This document shows positions 17,631 through 26,130 of a stretch of DNA of 28,721 bases, in pieces. The DNA comes from Candidatus Undinarchaeales archaeon. GTDB taxonomy: Archaea; SpSt-1190; JASMDC01. A program made the position numbers and the translations under genes. Location of the stretch: the NCBI GenBank assembly GCA_030753015.1, contig JASMDC010000031.1, positions 13,843 to 42,563 on the forward strand, in the 5' to 3' direction. Position 1 is the stretch's first letter. Every line of letters starts with the position of its first letter. The notes under the pieces were generated by a model. It was not told where the DNA came from. It was given only the letters and a program-made list of their open reading frames with translations, and searched no databases.

Positions 17631-18428
17631 ATGGAGCGAGCAGTGTACGTAGCTAGGGCGGCGAGCCTGCAGCTCGCCGAGGGTGACTATACCCGTCTCT
17701 ACTTCGGTGCCGAGTTCTGCCAACGTCTCGTCCCAACAACGAAAGAGCTGGGCAAGGCGATCGACCACGCCGCTGCCCACGACATGACCTTCACTCTCAT
17801 GACCCCTTACGTCACGGGGGAGGGCCTGGCGAGTCTGGAGCCGCTCCTCGACGTCCTTGCGGACCGGGTACCGGATGCCGAGGTGGTCATCAACGACTGG
17901 GGGACGCTCCACCTGCTTGAGGAGCGGTCCGATGCGCTCACACCGGTCTTCGGAAGGTTGCTCACCAAGCAGAAGCGCGGGCCGCGGGCCGTGAAGCTCG
18001 TGGGGAAGGTGCCCGACACGATGCTCGATCCCCTGCGCTCAATCGGAGTGACAGCGCCCCTCTTCAGGAGGTTCCTCGCCACCCATGGCATAGCTCGTAT
18101 GGAGCTCGACAATCCCCTGCACGGGCTCAATGTGGACCTCGCTGCGGGTGATCCACCACTGGTAGGCTCCCTGTACACCCCGTATGCCTACGTCTCCACG
18201 ACCCGAATGTGCCTGACGAACGCCTGCGATCGGACCCGTGAGGCAGTTGGGATACGCCCTTGTGGGCGGGAGTGCGATCGCTTCACGTTCACCCGGACCC
18301 ACCCGTCTATGCCCGTCCCGCTCATCCTGCGGGGGAACACCCACTTCGTCCGCAATGATGTCCTGCCAGAGTCACTCGAGGAACGCGGTATCGACCGCCT
18401 TGTTGTGGAACCGGAGGTGCCGCTCTAG
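17631..18428 (+). CDS. U32-family Fe-S protein, UbiV-like
   Basis: RLYFGAEFCQR (N-terminal Cys), VVINDWG, STTRMC...CGREC, LILRGNT. Cys layout resembles UbiV. GAGGT before ATG 17631. Confidence 0.75.
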   Translation: MERAVYVARAASLQLAEGDYTRLYFGAEFCQRLVPTTKELGKAIDHAAAHDMTFTLMTPYVTGEGLASLEPLLDVLADRVPDAEVVINDWGTLHLLEERSDALTPVFGRLLTKQKRGPRAVKLVGKVPDTMLDPLRSIGVTAPLFRRFLATHGIARMELDNPLHGLNVDLAAGDPPLVGSLYTPYAYVSTTRMCLTNACDRTREAVGIRPCGRECDRFTFTRTHPSMPVPLILRGNTHFVRNDVLPESLEERGIDRLVVEPEVPL

Positions 18429-19415
18429 ATGAGCCCCCGTTCGATGCACGTGCTGGCGCCCATCAGTTCTCCCGATGACGTAGTGCCGCTGACGGAGGCC
18501 GGTGCTGACGAGTTCTACTGCGGCCTGCTCCCTACCGAGTGGCTCGAACGCTACGGCCTCGTGGGCTCCATCAACCGTCGCTATGAGATGGCGGCACAGA
18601 TGACCGATTCGTCCGAGCTGGCACGTGCGATCAAGCTCGCTCATGACCGCTCTACCTCACTATTCGTCACGCTCAACGCCCACTACTATGTCCCCTCCCA
18701 GTACCCATTCCTCGCACGTGTCGTGGACGACATAGTCTCGGCCGGGGCCGATGGCCTGCTCGTCGCCGATCCGGCGTTCATGCTCTGGGTGCGCGAGCAG
18801 GGGCATGACATCCCTCTCCATCTCAGTGGAGGAGGTGCCGTGCTCAATCCGCGGGCGGCCTCGTTCATGTGGAGAGCCTTCGGTCTGTCCCGCATCGTCC
18901 TCCCCCGTCATCTCACTATCGCGGAGATCACAGAGCTCGTGACGTCCCTGCCCGACATCACATTCGAGGTATTCATCATCAACGAGCCGTGCATCAACGT
19001 CGACGGCTTGTGCACCTTCCAGCATGGGCTGACGGATATAACTGGTGACGACCTCAACTGCTGCGACATCCCGTGGAACCTCTCACTTGGATCGGACGAC
19101 GCAGATCCTGTTGCCCTGCGCACCATCAGGTCCCATGTCGCTTCTGGACGGCGGGGGAGCGGTGCGTGCGGTGCGTGCGCCCTCCACGACCTCCAGAGAG
19201 CCGGTGTGGGTGCGGTGAAGGTGGTCGGCCGCGGCCTTCCGATAAAGGACAAAACACGTGATGTCGCTTTCATCGCTGGCCTGGTCCGGTTCCTTGAAGA
19301 GGAAGGTCCTGACCGGGATGCTTTCATCACCGAGGCCAAGCGGCGTCATGCACGTGAGTACCGGACGCTGTGCAAACCGCGGCTTTGCTATTACCCCGAG
19401 CCCGCTCCCCGCTGA
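18429..19415 (+). CDS. U32-family Fe-S protein, UbiU/TrhP-like
   Basis: VLAP...AGADEFYCG, GADGLLVAD, LHLS, RIVLPRHL, EVF...C-x6-C-x15/16-C...CGAC, VKVVGR. Confidence 0.9.
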   Translation: MSPRSMHVLAPISSPDDVVPLTEAGADEFYCGLLPTEWLERYGLVGSINRRYEMAAQMTDSSELARAIKLAHDRSTSLFVTLNAHYYVPSQYPFLARVVDDIVSAGADGLLVADPAFMLWVREQGHDIPLHLSGGGAVLNPRAASFMWRAFGLSRIVLPRHLTIAEITELVTSLPDITFEVFIINEPCINVDGLCTFQHGLTDITGDDLNCCDIPWNLSLGSDDADPVALRTIRSHVASGRRGSGACGACALHDLQRAGVGAVKVVGRGLPIKDKTRDVAFIAGLVRFLEEEGPDRDAFITEAKRRHAREYRTLCKPRLCYYPEPAPR

Positions 19416-19452
19416 AGCAGCCTTTTTATTCATTGGCCTCCTGATATGGGAC

Positions 19453-20085
19453 ATGAAGGTCGTGGTCGTCAGTGGCAGTATGCGCCCTGACGACATCGTG
19501 GAGAAGCTCATCGAGAGCTGCGAAATGGGCCTTAAGGCCGCGGGTGAGCCCATGGACGTGGAACACGTCGTGCTCAGGGAGGAGGAGATGGGATTCTGCA
19601 CCGCTTGTCTCCAGTGCATGGAGAAGGACGGCCTCCCCCTGGGAGTCTGCTCGCTCCATAGTGACCGGATGCATGACCTCCTCATCACGATGCGCGATGC
19701 CGACCGTGTAGTTATGGCCACGCCCCTCATGATGGGAACGGTGACCTCTCTAATGAAGCGGTTCCTCGAGCGGTGCGCACCGCTCACCTTCAACACATCG
19801 CGGGGGCGACGTGCAAGGGTCAAGAAGCACAAGGGGAAGATGGGGGCGATCATTCTCGTCCACTCGTTCTTCCCGGTGCTTTCCCGGATCGTGGGCAAGG
19901 ACCGTGGCGCTCGGGCGATGCTCAAGCTAATCCTCCGCGCCGCCGGTTGTGAGAAGGTAAAGATCCTCTCGATCCGCATTCCCCGGATCAAGCCCTACCG
20001 GGTGGACCGGGTCCGCGGCCGCGGATTCAACCTCGGTCTCGCCCTTGCCAAGCCCCGTATGAAGAAGGCTCAGCACGGCGCCTAA
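19453..20085 (+). CDS. Iron-sulfur flavoprotein / NAD(P)H-dependent FMN reductase (flavodoxin-like)
   Basis: MKVVVVSGSMR, CTACLQC-x10-C, ADRVVMATP...GTVTSLMKRFLER. Start ATG 19453; TTTTTATT at 19423-19430. Confidence 0.85.
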   Translation: MKVVVVSGSMRPDDIVEKLIESCEMGLKAAGEPMDVEHVVLREEEMGFCTACLQCMEKDGLPLGVCSLHSDRMHDLLITMRDADRVVMATPLMMGTVTSLMKRFLERCAPLTFNTSRGRRARVKKHKGKMGAIILVHSFFPVLSRIVGKDRGARAMLKLILRAAGCEKVKILSIRIPRIKPYRVDRVRGRGFNLGLALAKPRMKKAQHGA

Positions 20086-20116
20086 CTTTTTATATCCTCG
20101 TTCCCACAGTGATGCC

Positions 20117-21187
20117 ATGGACACCTTCGGGAGGAACCTGCGGACTACGTGCGCGGGAGAGTCACACGGCCCTGCAGTCGGGGTCATCGTGGACGGGGTA
20201 CCCCCTGGCCTGCTTCTCCGAACGGAGGACGTCCAGCGCGCGCTGGACCACCGGCGCCCCGGAACTGCTCCTTGGACCTCGCCTCGTCGTGAGCCCGACA
20301 CCGTGGAGGTACTCTCCGGCGTGCTGGAGGGAATGACCACAGGGATGCCCGTCATGATGGTGGTCCGTAACGCAGACGCCCGTGATGAGGACTACCCCGA
20401 GGGCCCTGTGCGTCCATCCCACGGCGACCTTGTGTACCGACAGCGGTTCGGCGTCGTCGCCCCGGGCGGAGGTCGGTATAGCGGACGGGAGACCGTCTCG
20501 CGGGTTTGTGCAGGTGCCGTAGCACGTGCAGTGCTCGCTCCCATGGGCATCATCATCCGGTCCCACATCGCCGCCATCGGCACCGTGAAGGACCCGCTGG
20601 ACATGGACGGGCTCGATAAGCTCACGACGTTCGGAACCCATACCGAGGAGGTCGCTCAGGCCATGCAGGCCGAGGTGCTCTCGGCCAAGGACGAGGGCGA
20701 CTCCGTGGGCGGCGTCGTCGAGGTGGTGGTCACGAACGTCCCACTGGGGCTTGGTTCGCCCGTCGCGGGCAAGCTCGACGCCGATCTCGCATCTGCCTGC
20801 ATGTCGATCGGTGGAGTCAAGGGCGTGGAGCTGGGAGCTGGTTTCGCCGCCACCCGCATGCGCGGAAGCGAGCACAACGATCCTTACCGCCTCGTGAACG
20901 GAGAGATGTGCCCTGCCACCAACAACGCAGGTGGTGTGGTCGCAGGCATCTCCACGGGCGCCCCGCTCGTGGTCCGCCTGGCGGTGAAACCGACGGCGAC
21001 CATCGCCAAACCTCAGGACACCATCGACCTGACGACCGGGGAGGAGACCTCCGTGACCTTCGGTGGACGTCATGATCCGTGCCTGGTCCCGCGCTTGCGG
21101 TACGTAGCCGAGGCCATGGCCGCGCTGGTGCTGGCCGACCACGTGCTCGACCCGGTGTGGCAGCGCACGAGCTCTAGAAACGAATAA
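20117..21187 (+). CDS. aroC: Chorismate synthase
   Basis: GESHG, RRPG, RPSHGD, GGGRYSGRET, GDSVGG, GSEHND, NNAGGVVAGISTG, KPTATI, GRHDPC. TTTTTATAT at 20087-20095. Confidence 0.96.
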   Translation: MDTFGRNLRTTCAGESHGPAVGVIVDGVPPGLLLRTEDVQRALDHRRPGTAPWTSPRREPDTVEVLSGVLEGMTTGMPVMMVVRNADARDEDYPEGPVRPSHGDLVYRQRFGVVAPGGGRYSGRETVSRVCAGAVARAVLAPMGIIIRSHIAAIGTVKDPLDMDGLDKLTTFGTHTEEVAQAMQAEVLSAKDEGDSVGGVVEVVVTNVPLGLGSPVAGKLDADLASACMSIGGVKGVELGAGFAATRMRGSEHNDPYRLVNGEMCPATNNAGGVVAGISTGAPLVVRLAVKPTATIAKPQDTIDLTTGEETSVTFGGRHDPCLVPRLRYVAEAMAALVLADHVLDPVWQRTSSRNE

Positions 21188-21343
21188 TCCGTGCACGATT
21201 CGAATAATTGAGCGTGGAAATCGATTTAAATCGGAATAAAACGGAAAAATAGTTGTTTATAACTTCTATTAAGCTATAATATTCGTTTTTAGAAACTCAT
21301 AAACCGAAACCCATATAAAGGATCGAGAGACCTTTCAATCCAG
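21188..21343 (+). promoter_or_regulatory. AT-rich regulatory region upstream of glycosyltransferase operon
   Basis: Strongly AT-rich 156 bp, palindrome CGATTTAAATCG (21222-21233), ATATAAA at 21313-21319. Confidence 0.6.
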
Positions 21344-22588
21344 ATGGCCCTCTTACAGCAGATAGCTATCCTTGAGATATCCATCCTCATAGCCATCTGT
21401 ACGTTCTGGATCCTGCTCTATTTCTACCTCAAAGCAGGCTCCAAGAAGAGCCCGTTACCGCTGGACGAGCTACCGCCCATCACCGTCATCGTCCCGGCCC
21501 ATAACGAGGAGGGGAGCATAGGCAGGACCCTAAAGCACGTCCTGGACGCGGACTATCCAGACAAACATGTCATAGTGGTGAACGACGGCTCCACCGATGG
21601 GACGGCCGCGCAGATCGCCCTCTACGCCGATCAGGTCACCCTCATCACCCATGAGACGAACCTCGGGAAGGCCGCGGGCCTCAACCATGCCATCGCCGAT
21701 GCCACGACGGACATAATCATCACCGTTGACGCCGACAGCCTCATCGCCCCGGATTCGTTGCGCAACATCGTCCGGCACTTCGCCGACTCCGACGTCGGTG
21801 CCGTTGCGGGCTGCGTCAAGGTCCACAACAACGAATCCATTTTCCAGAGGATCCAGGACCTGGAGTACCTCCAGTGCTTCTTCCAGCGCGAGATCCAGGA
21901 CATGCTCAACGCCGTCACCATCACACCAGGTCCGCTCTCAGCCTACCGGAAGGACGTGCTCACCGCCCTGGGCGGCTTCAAGGACGACACCCTCGTCGAG
22001 GACTTCGACATGTGCATCCGCATCCACCGCCTGGGTTACCGAGTCCGCTCCGACGTGGAGAGCGTTGTGCACACCGTGGCCCCTGGCCTATCGGGTTGGT
22101 GGCGGCAGCGCACACGTTGGTTCCGTGGTGGTATCCAGCTGCTGCGCAAGCACTCGGACATGGTGTTCAACCAGGACTACTCCTTCCTGGGCATGGTCAT
22201 GTTCCCCATGGCAATCTTCTGGCTCTTCGTGCCGGTCGTCGCTATCCCGACCATCATCCTCAACTCCCTCCCAGAATGGGCGCTGGTAGAGGCCAACCTG
22301 GATATCCTGCTGTCCCAGGGGTTCATGGCGCTCCTGGCCGCCCAGGTGGCGACAGCGAGCGCAAGCCTCTACACCCTCGGCAAGCTCACGCTCTTCAAGG
22401 CCCTCTCGGCCCTGTCCATGGTGCTCGGTTTCGTCTACATCTACCTGTCTATCCGTGTCTCCCGGGAGTCGCTGGCCACCTACCTAGTCATCCTCCCGAT
22501 CATTGGCCTATACTCGTGCCTGCTCCTCACCGTGTGCCTCAAGTCCGTGGTGGAAGAGCTCTTTGTGGCCAAAGGGTCCGAATGGTGA
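21344..22588 (+). CDS. Membrane GT2 glycosyltransferase, processive PgaC/IcaA/cellulose-synthase-like
   Basis: VPAHNEE, NDGSTD, GKAAGLN, DADS, VED, QRTRW (D,D,D,QxxRW); one N-terminal and several C-terminal TM helices. Confidence 0.92.
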   Translation: MALLQQIAILEISILIAICTFWILLYFYLKAGSKKSPLPLDELPPITVIVPAHNEEGSIGRTLKHVLDADYPDKHVIVVNDGSTDGTAAQIALYADQVTLITHETNLGKAAGLNHAIADATTDIIITVDADSLIAPDSLRNIVRHFADSDVGAVAGCVKVHNNESIFQRIQDLEYLQCFFQREIQDMLNAVTITPGPLSAYRKDVLTALGGFKDDTLVEDFDMCIRIHRLGYRVRSDVESVVHTVAPGLSGWWRQRTRWFRGGIQLLRKHSDMVFNQDYSFLGMVMFPMAIFWLFVPVVAIPTIILNSLPEWALVEANLDILLSQGFMALLAAQVATASASLYTLGKLTLFKALSALSMVLGFVYIYLSIRVSRESLATYLVILPIIGLYSCLLLTVCLKSVVEELFVAKGSEW

Positions 22589-22594
22589 GCGCCG

Positions 22595-23932
22595 GTGCGG
22601 CGTGACCTCCTCGTGCTCCCGCTGCTCCTTCTGTGCGGCCTGCTACGGTTGGCGCCAGCGGTCGGCGCTATCGCTCCCCTCGACAGTGACGGGTTCTACC
22701 ACGTCCGCATGACCGTGGCGGTCCAGGACGATCTGATGGTGGGCCTCACGAGCCCCTATCCCCTATTCCACCTCCTCCTGGGGCTCATGTCCCGGGTGAT
22801 GGATCTGGACGCCTTGGTCGTCGTGCGCCTGGTCCCTGCCGTCCTAGCCTCCCTGGGCGTGGTCACTCTATACGTATGTGTCCGGGACCTCGCCTCGTAC
22901 AGGGCAGCACTGCTGTCGGCGTTCTTCTACACGACAACACCGCTCCTCATCCAGACCTCCTATGGGCCCTTCTCTTTGGTCCACCTCTTCCTCCCCCTGC
23001 TGGCACGCGAGCTTGTCCGACAGCGGAGCAAGCGGGCCATCGGTGTGCTCACGTTCGCCTTGGCCGCCACCGGCGGGTTCGCGGTGTGGCTTGCCGTGTT
23101 CGTGGTCTATTCGTTCACTTTCGGGTATGGGGTCCACAGACTTCAGGTCGTGCGCCGGGCCGTGGTCATCGGGCTCGTGCCGATAGCGCTGATGACATGG
23201 TTCGCAGGCACCCTTGTCCCCGAAGCGTCCACGGTGGGCCCTGGACGGCCGGACATCGGCATCCCCTCGGTGGGCATAGGTCTCCTCTTCCTCCTCCTCT
23301 TCCTGGAGTCCTTCGAGGAGGGGCCGCGCTTGGCCCGTTTCCTCATCATCCTGGCAGGCACCTGCTTCTTCGGTTACCTGCTGGGACGCGCCTTCCAGCT
23401 CGAATTCCTGGTCACTTTCGCCGTCGCTGTTGTGATGATGGAGGCAATTGGTGCCCATTTCTTCATCGGACGGGGCACGGCCGTCATCTACAGAGCTACC
23501 ACCATGGTGGCCATCCTTGCCTTTGCCCTGCTCCACGCGTGGAACGTGAGCGATGCTATCCAGCCATCCCTCACATACGAGGAGTACACTGCCGCCAAGG
23601 GTATGACCGACCTTCCCGCTGACGCCGTGATCCTCTCCGACGAGGTCAATATGGAGCTGCTGGCGACCGTATCGCCGGTGGACGTGATGTTGACCCGAGA
23701 GGTGTTCGACCGCAAGCATTGGACGGATTTCCACCTCCTCATGGCCACCAACAACATCACCTGTGAACTGGTGCGTCGGCATAACATCACCCATGTGTTC
23801 CTATCTTCCCGGGTCCAGCGCCGGTTCCCCTATGCGCTCAAGTTCTCGGGCCTCCCTGCCGTGACAGATCACCGGATATCGGACAATCTCAAGCTCGTGG
23901 AGATCAAGTCGTACTGCCAGCACAGGGTGTGA
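22595..23932 (+). CDS. Polytopic membrane protein, probable GT-C fold glycosyltransferase
   Basis: DSDGFYH after TM1, YPLFHLLL, about 11-13 hydrophobic segments, soluble C-terminal domain (LPADAVILSD...RHNITHVFLS) as in AglB/PMT-like proteins. Confidence 0.65.
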   Translation: MRRDLLVLPLLLLCGLLRLAPAVGAIAPLDSDGFYHVRMTVAVQDDLMVGLTSPYPLFHLLLGLMSRVMDLDALVVVRLVPAVLASLGVVTLYVCVRDLASYRAALLSAFFYTTTPLLIQTSYGPFSLVHLFLPLLARELVRQRSKRAIGVLTFALAATGGFAVWLAVFVVYSFTFGYGVHRLQVVRRAVVIGLVPIALMTWFAGTLVPEASTVGPGRPDIGIPSVGIGLLFLLLFLESFEEGPRLARFLIILAGTCFFGYLLGRAFQLEFLVTFAVAVVMMEAIGAHFFIGRGTAVIYRATTMVAILAFALLHAWNVSDAIQPSLTYEEYTAAKGMTDLPADAVILSDEVNMELLATVSPVDVMLTREVFDRKHWTDFHLLMATNNITCELVRRHNITHVFLSSRVQRRFPYALKFSGLPAVTDHRISDNLKLVEIKSYCQHRV

Positions 23933-23936
23933 GATC

Positions 23937-24599
23937 ATGGAGAGCGTCGCAGCCACAGTGAGACAACTGCTCGCCGCAGATCCCCTTCTCACCTACTGCC
24001 TTGCATCGGGGCTCATGAACGTCCGGGCGGTGGCCCGGTCCATCAGACCACGCGTGGAGGCGCGGACGGGAGCACCTGTACGCGATGTCGCCTCGATCGT
24101 GAACGCCGTGCTCCGGTACCGGGACCACCCGTCCACCCGTGCCGCCCTGGCCGATGTTCGCGAGGGAGCTGCCGGCGCACGCATCTCTGCCACTTCGGGC
24201 ATTGTCCGTGTCACGTACCCATTGGCCGAGGGAACCCTCCGCTCCCTGGACTCCCTCAGGGCCCGGGGCGAACCGGACGCCGTGTTCCAGCTGGCATCCG
24301 CAGGGGGTGAGGCGACGGTCGTGGCCGACCGACGGTATCTGACGGCGTTGCGCAAGCTCGAGCCTGGGGACCTCGCTGAGGGTGAGGCCGTGGTGACCGT
24401 CTCTCTGGACCGCGGACCCCTCCCGCCCGCACTGGTGCCAACGGCACTGGCACTACTGGCACGCATCGGCCTATCGGTTCCCTGCTGGGCCGCCACGCCA
24501 CGGGGGCTCTGGTTGTGCGTCGCCGAGGAGGACCTCGCCACAACTGTGGCGGCGCTCCGCTCACTGGCCGCGTCGCCCGAGGGACCAGCTGACGTTTGA
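23937..24599 (+). CDS. Archaeal ACT-domain-containing putative regulator
   Basis: SVAATVRQLLAADPLLTYCLASGLMNVRAVARSI N-terminus typical of this family, then two degenerate ACT-like units. Confidence 0.65.
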   Translation: MESVAATVRQLLAADPLLTYCLASGLMNVRAVARSIRPRVEARTGAPVRDVASIVNAVLRYRDHPSTRAALADVREGAAGARISATSGIVRVTYPLAEGTLRSLDSLRARGEPDAVFQLASAGGEATVVADRRYLTALRKLEPGDLAEGEAVVTVSLDRGPLPPALVPTALALLARIGLSVPCWAATPRGLWLCVAEEDLATTVAALRSLAASPEGPADV

Positions 24600-24627
24600 A
24601 CGTAGGTCCTTCCGAGAAAATGTGATA

Positions 24628-24649
24628 TTTCTGATAAGCTTATCAGAAA
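24628..24649. repeat. Perfect 22-bp palindrome
   Basis: TTTCTGATAAGCTTATCAGAAA is its own reverse complement; extra half-site CTGATAA at 24654-24660. Confidence 0.9.
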
Positions 24650-24679
24650 ACTCCTGATAACTCTCGTGCCCTGCCCGGA

Positions 24680-25657
24680 CTACCCCGGCCCCCGGAACGG
24701 CGGCGTCCAGTCATCGTACGTCCGCAGCCCTAGTGCGATCTCGGCCTCGTCGGGAGTGAGCACGGGGAACGGGTAGTTCATGCCGTCGTCCACGGCCACC
24801 CGCGGGCAGGCACAGCTCACCAGTGCCTCCAGGTGGAAGGGGAGGAGCGCAGCAGGCGACACGTCGTCCATGGCGATCAGGATGGCCTCCCTCCCCGCGC
24901 CCTCGACGGCCTCCAATAGCCCGATGGCCCGGTCGCGTCGGCCCTGGCCGGACTTGGTGGAGATGTACACGCCCCATTTGCGGGCGTCAAGTGCCCGGGC
25001 GATGGCAGCGAAGCGCTTGCGCTGGAAGCGCTCGGCCTCCTTGCGCCCGACCTCCTCCACCATACCGAGCTCGAGATCGAGCACGAGCACGGGACGACCG
25101 GTGGCCAGTGCCGCTCCCAGAGGATGGAACCGACCGGTGCCCAGGTACACCAATACCCGGTCCTCCGGGGCCGCCACGGCGGCGGACTGGTCACACCCGC
25201 TCACCTGGCCCGGGGCGAGGGCGCCCTGGGGGATGACGACGTCGTCAAGGGCTTCACGGAGCCGGGGGAGGAGCGGCAGGTACTGGACCGTTGAGATGAG
25301 CGCTGCAGGCCGGTCACCCAGTCGCTCGCGCAGGTCGGCCACAAGATCGTTCGGTAGCCCCCCCTCGTACTCGATGGAAAGGAAGTGCACCGGCACAGGT
25401 CGCTCGCCTCCGGGCAGGGGCGTGTGGCCGAAGTGGAGGACGGCGTCGACCAGAGGTGCCGCCTCGTGCTCGTGGAGGTCGCACGGCCCCCAGCATGTCC
25501 CGCCCCATACTATGGCGACACACCTGGTCTCCTGGCGGATGCGGTCGGCAAGGACCGCCGCCCGGTCGCGCACACCCTCGGGCACCTCGAGCAGGATGGT
25601 GCGGTAGCTGTGCTCCCGCACAACGGAGAGGGCACCCTCCTCGTCCAAGGCGTGCAT
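24680..25657 (-). CDS. dph2: Diphthamide biosynthesis enzyme Dph2
   Basis: Fe-S ligand motifs CWGPCD, GQVSGCD, CACPR; HFGH; GRFHPLG; STKSGQ. Confidence 0.95.
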   Translation of the reverse strand: MHALDEEGALSVVREHSYRTILLEVPEGVRDRAAVLADRIRQETRCVAIVWGGTCWGPCDLHEHEAAPLVDAVLHFGHTPLPGGERPVPVHFLSIEYEGGLPNDLVADLRERLGDRPAALISTVQYLPLLPRLREALDDVVIPQGALAPGQVSGCDQSAAVAAPEDRVLVYLGTGRFHPLGAALATGRPVLVLDLELGMVEEVGRKEAERFQRKRFAAIARALDARKWGVYISTKSGQGRRDRAIGLLEAVEGAGREAILIAMDDVSPAALLPFHLEALVSCACPRVAVDDGMNYPFPVLTPDEAEIALGLRTYDDWTPPFRGPG

Positions 25658-25679
25658 GGGGCGGGATGCTAGAGAAAGG

Positions 25680-25687
25680 TTTATAAT
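25680..25687. promoter_or_regulatory. TATA box between dph2 and SRP RNA
   Basis: TTTATAAT preceded by purine-rich AGAGAAAGG (BRE-like), about 20-27 nt before the SRP RNA. Confidence 0.65.
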
Positions 25688-25706
25688 CGCATCCCCCCTT
25701 AAAAGG

Positions 25707-26012
25707 GGCGGTGGGCTAGGCCGGAGGGCTAGGGGTCCTCTGTTACCGCAAACCCTCTATACGGTAGGGCCGAAGTTCACGGGGCGGACAGAACAATCCG
25801 TCCCGACCCCGTTCATCGGTGTCGAAGCCACGTCCCGGTTGGTGGGCGTTGGCGGGCCCTTCGGGGCAACCGCCTTCGCTTGGTGAACCCGTCAGGCCTT
25901 GATCGGAGCAGCGGTAGTCGAGGCGTTCCACGCTTCCGGGGTTGCGGGGTGGAGCCTGAGCGGGACCTCCGGGACGGTGCGGGACGTTCCACCCGAGGAC
26001 GTGTCCACCGCC
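25707..26012 (+). ncRNA. ffs: Archaeal signal recognition particle (7S) RNA
   Basis: About 306 nt. 5' GGCGGTGG pairs with 3' CCACCGCC; Alu domain CTAGGCC, UGUNR (TGTTA), complementary loops TAGGGG/CCTCTA; helix 8 core CCGTCAGG...AGCAGCGG. Confidence 0.93.
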
Positions 26013-26027
26013 TATTGGAAAACGCGT

Positions 26028-26115
26028 GCCGAGGTAGCAAAGCCTGGACTAACGCGCCAGCCTGGAAAGCTGGTGGTCTTCACGGACCGCAGGGGTTCAA
26101 ATCCCCTCCTCGGCG
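26028..26115 (+). tRNA. tRNA-Ser(GGA)
   Basis: Acceptor GCCGAGG/CCTCGGC, discriminator G, anticodon arm CCAGC-CTGGAAA-GCTGG, long variable arm, T-arm AGGGG-TTCAAAT-CCCCT; no intron; CCA not encoded (followed by CCT). Confidence 0.97.
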
Positions 26116-26130
26116 CCTATCCCTTCTTGC

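Noticed and set aside
17631-19415. Collagenase/protease or ubiquinone biosynthesis as function of the U32 genes
   Set aside because: Fe-S Cys motifs fit hydroxylation proteins; no ubiT or other ubi genes in the window and the host is archaeal.
20162-21196. 344-aa ORF antisense to aroC, and similar ORFs over asnS, GT2, GT-C, dph2 and the permease
   Set aside because: Expected from high GC3 codon bias; no motifs and biased composition.
24628-24649. Xer dif site or CRISPR repeat
   Set aside because: No 6-bp spacer between 11-bp arms as in dif, and no repeat-spacer periodicity.
25707-26012. RNase P RNA as identity of the structured RNA
   Set aside because: No GAGGAAAGUCC-type P4 motif; Alu and helix 8 signatures identify SRP RNA.
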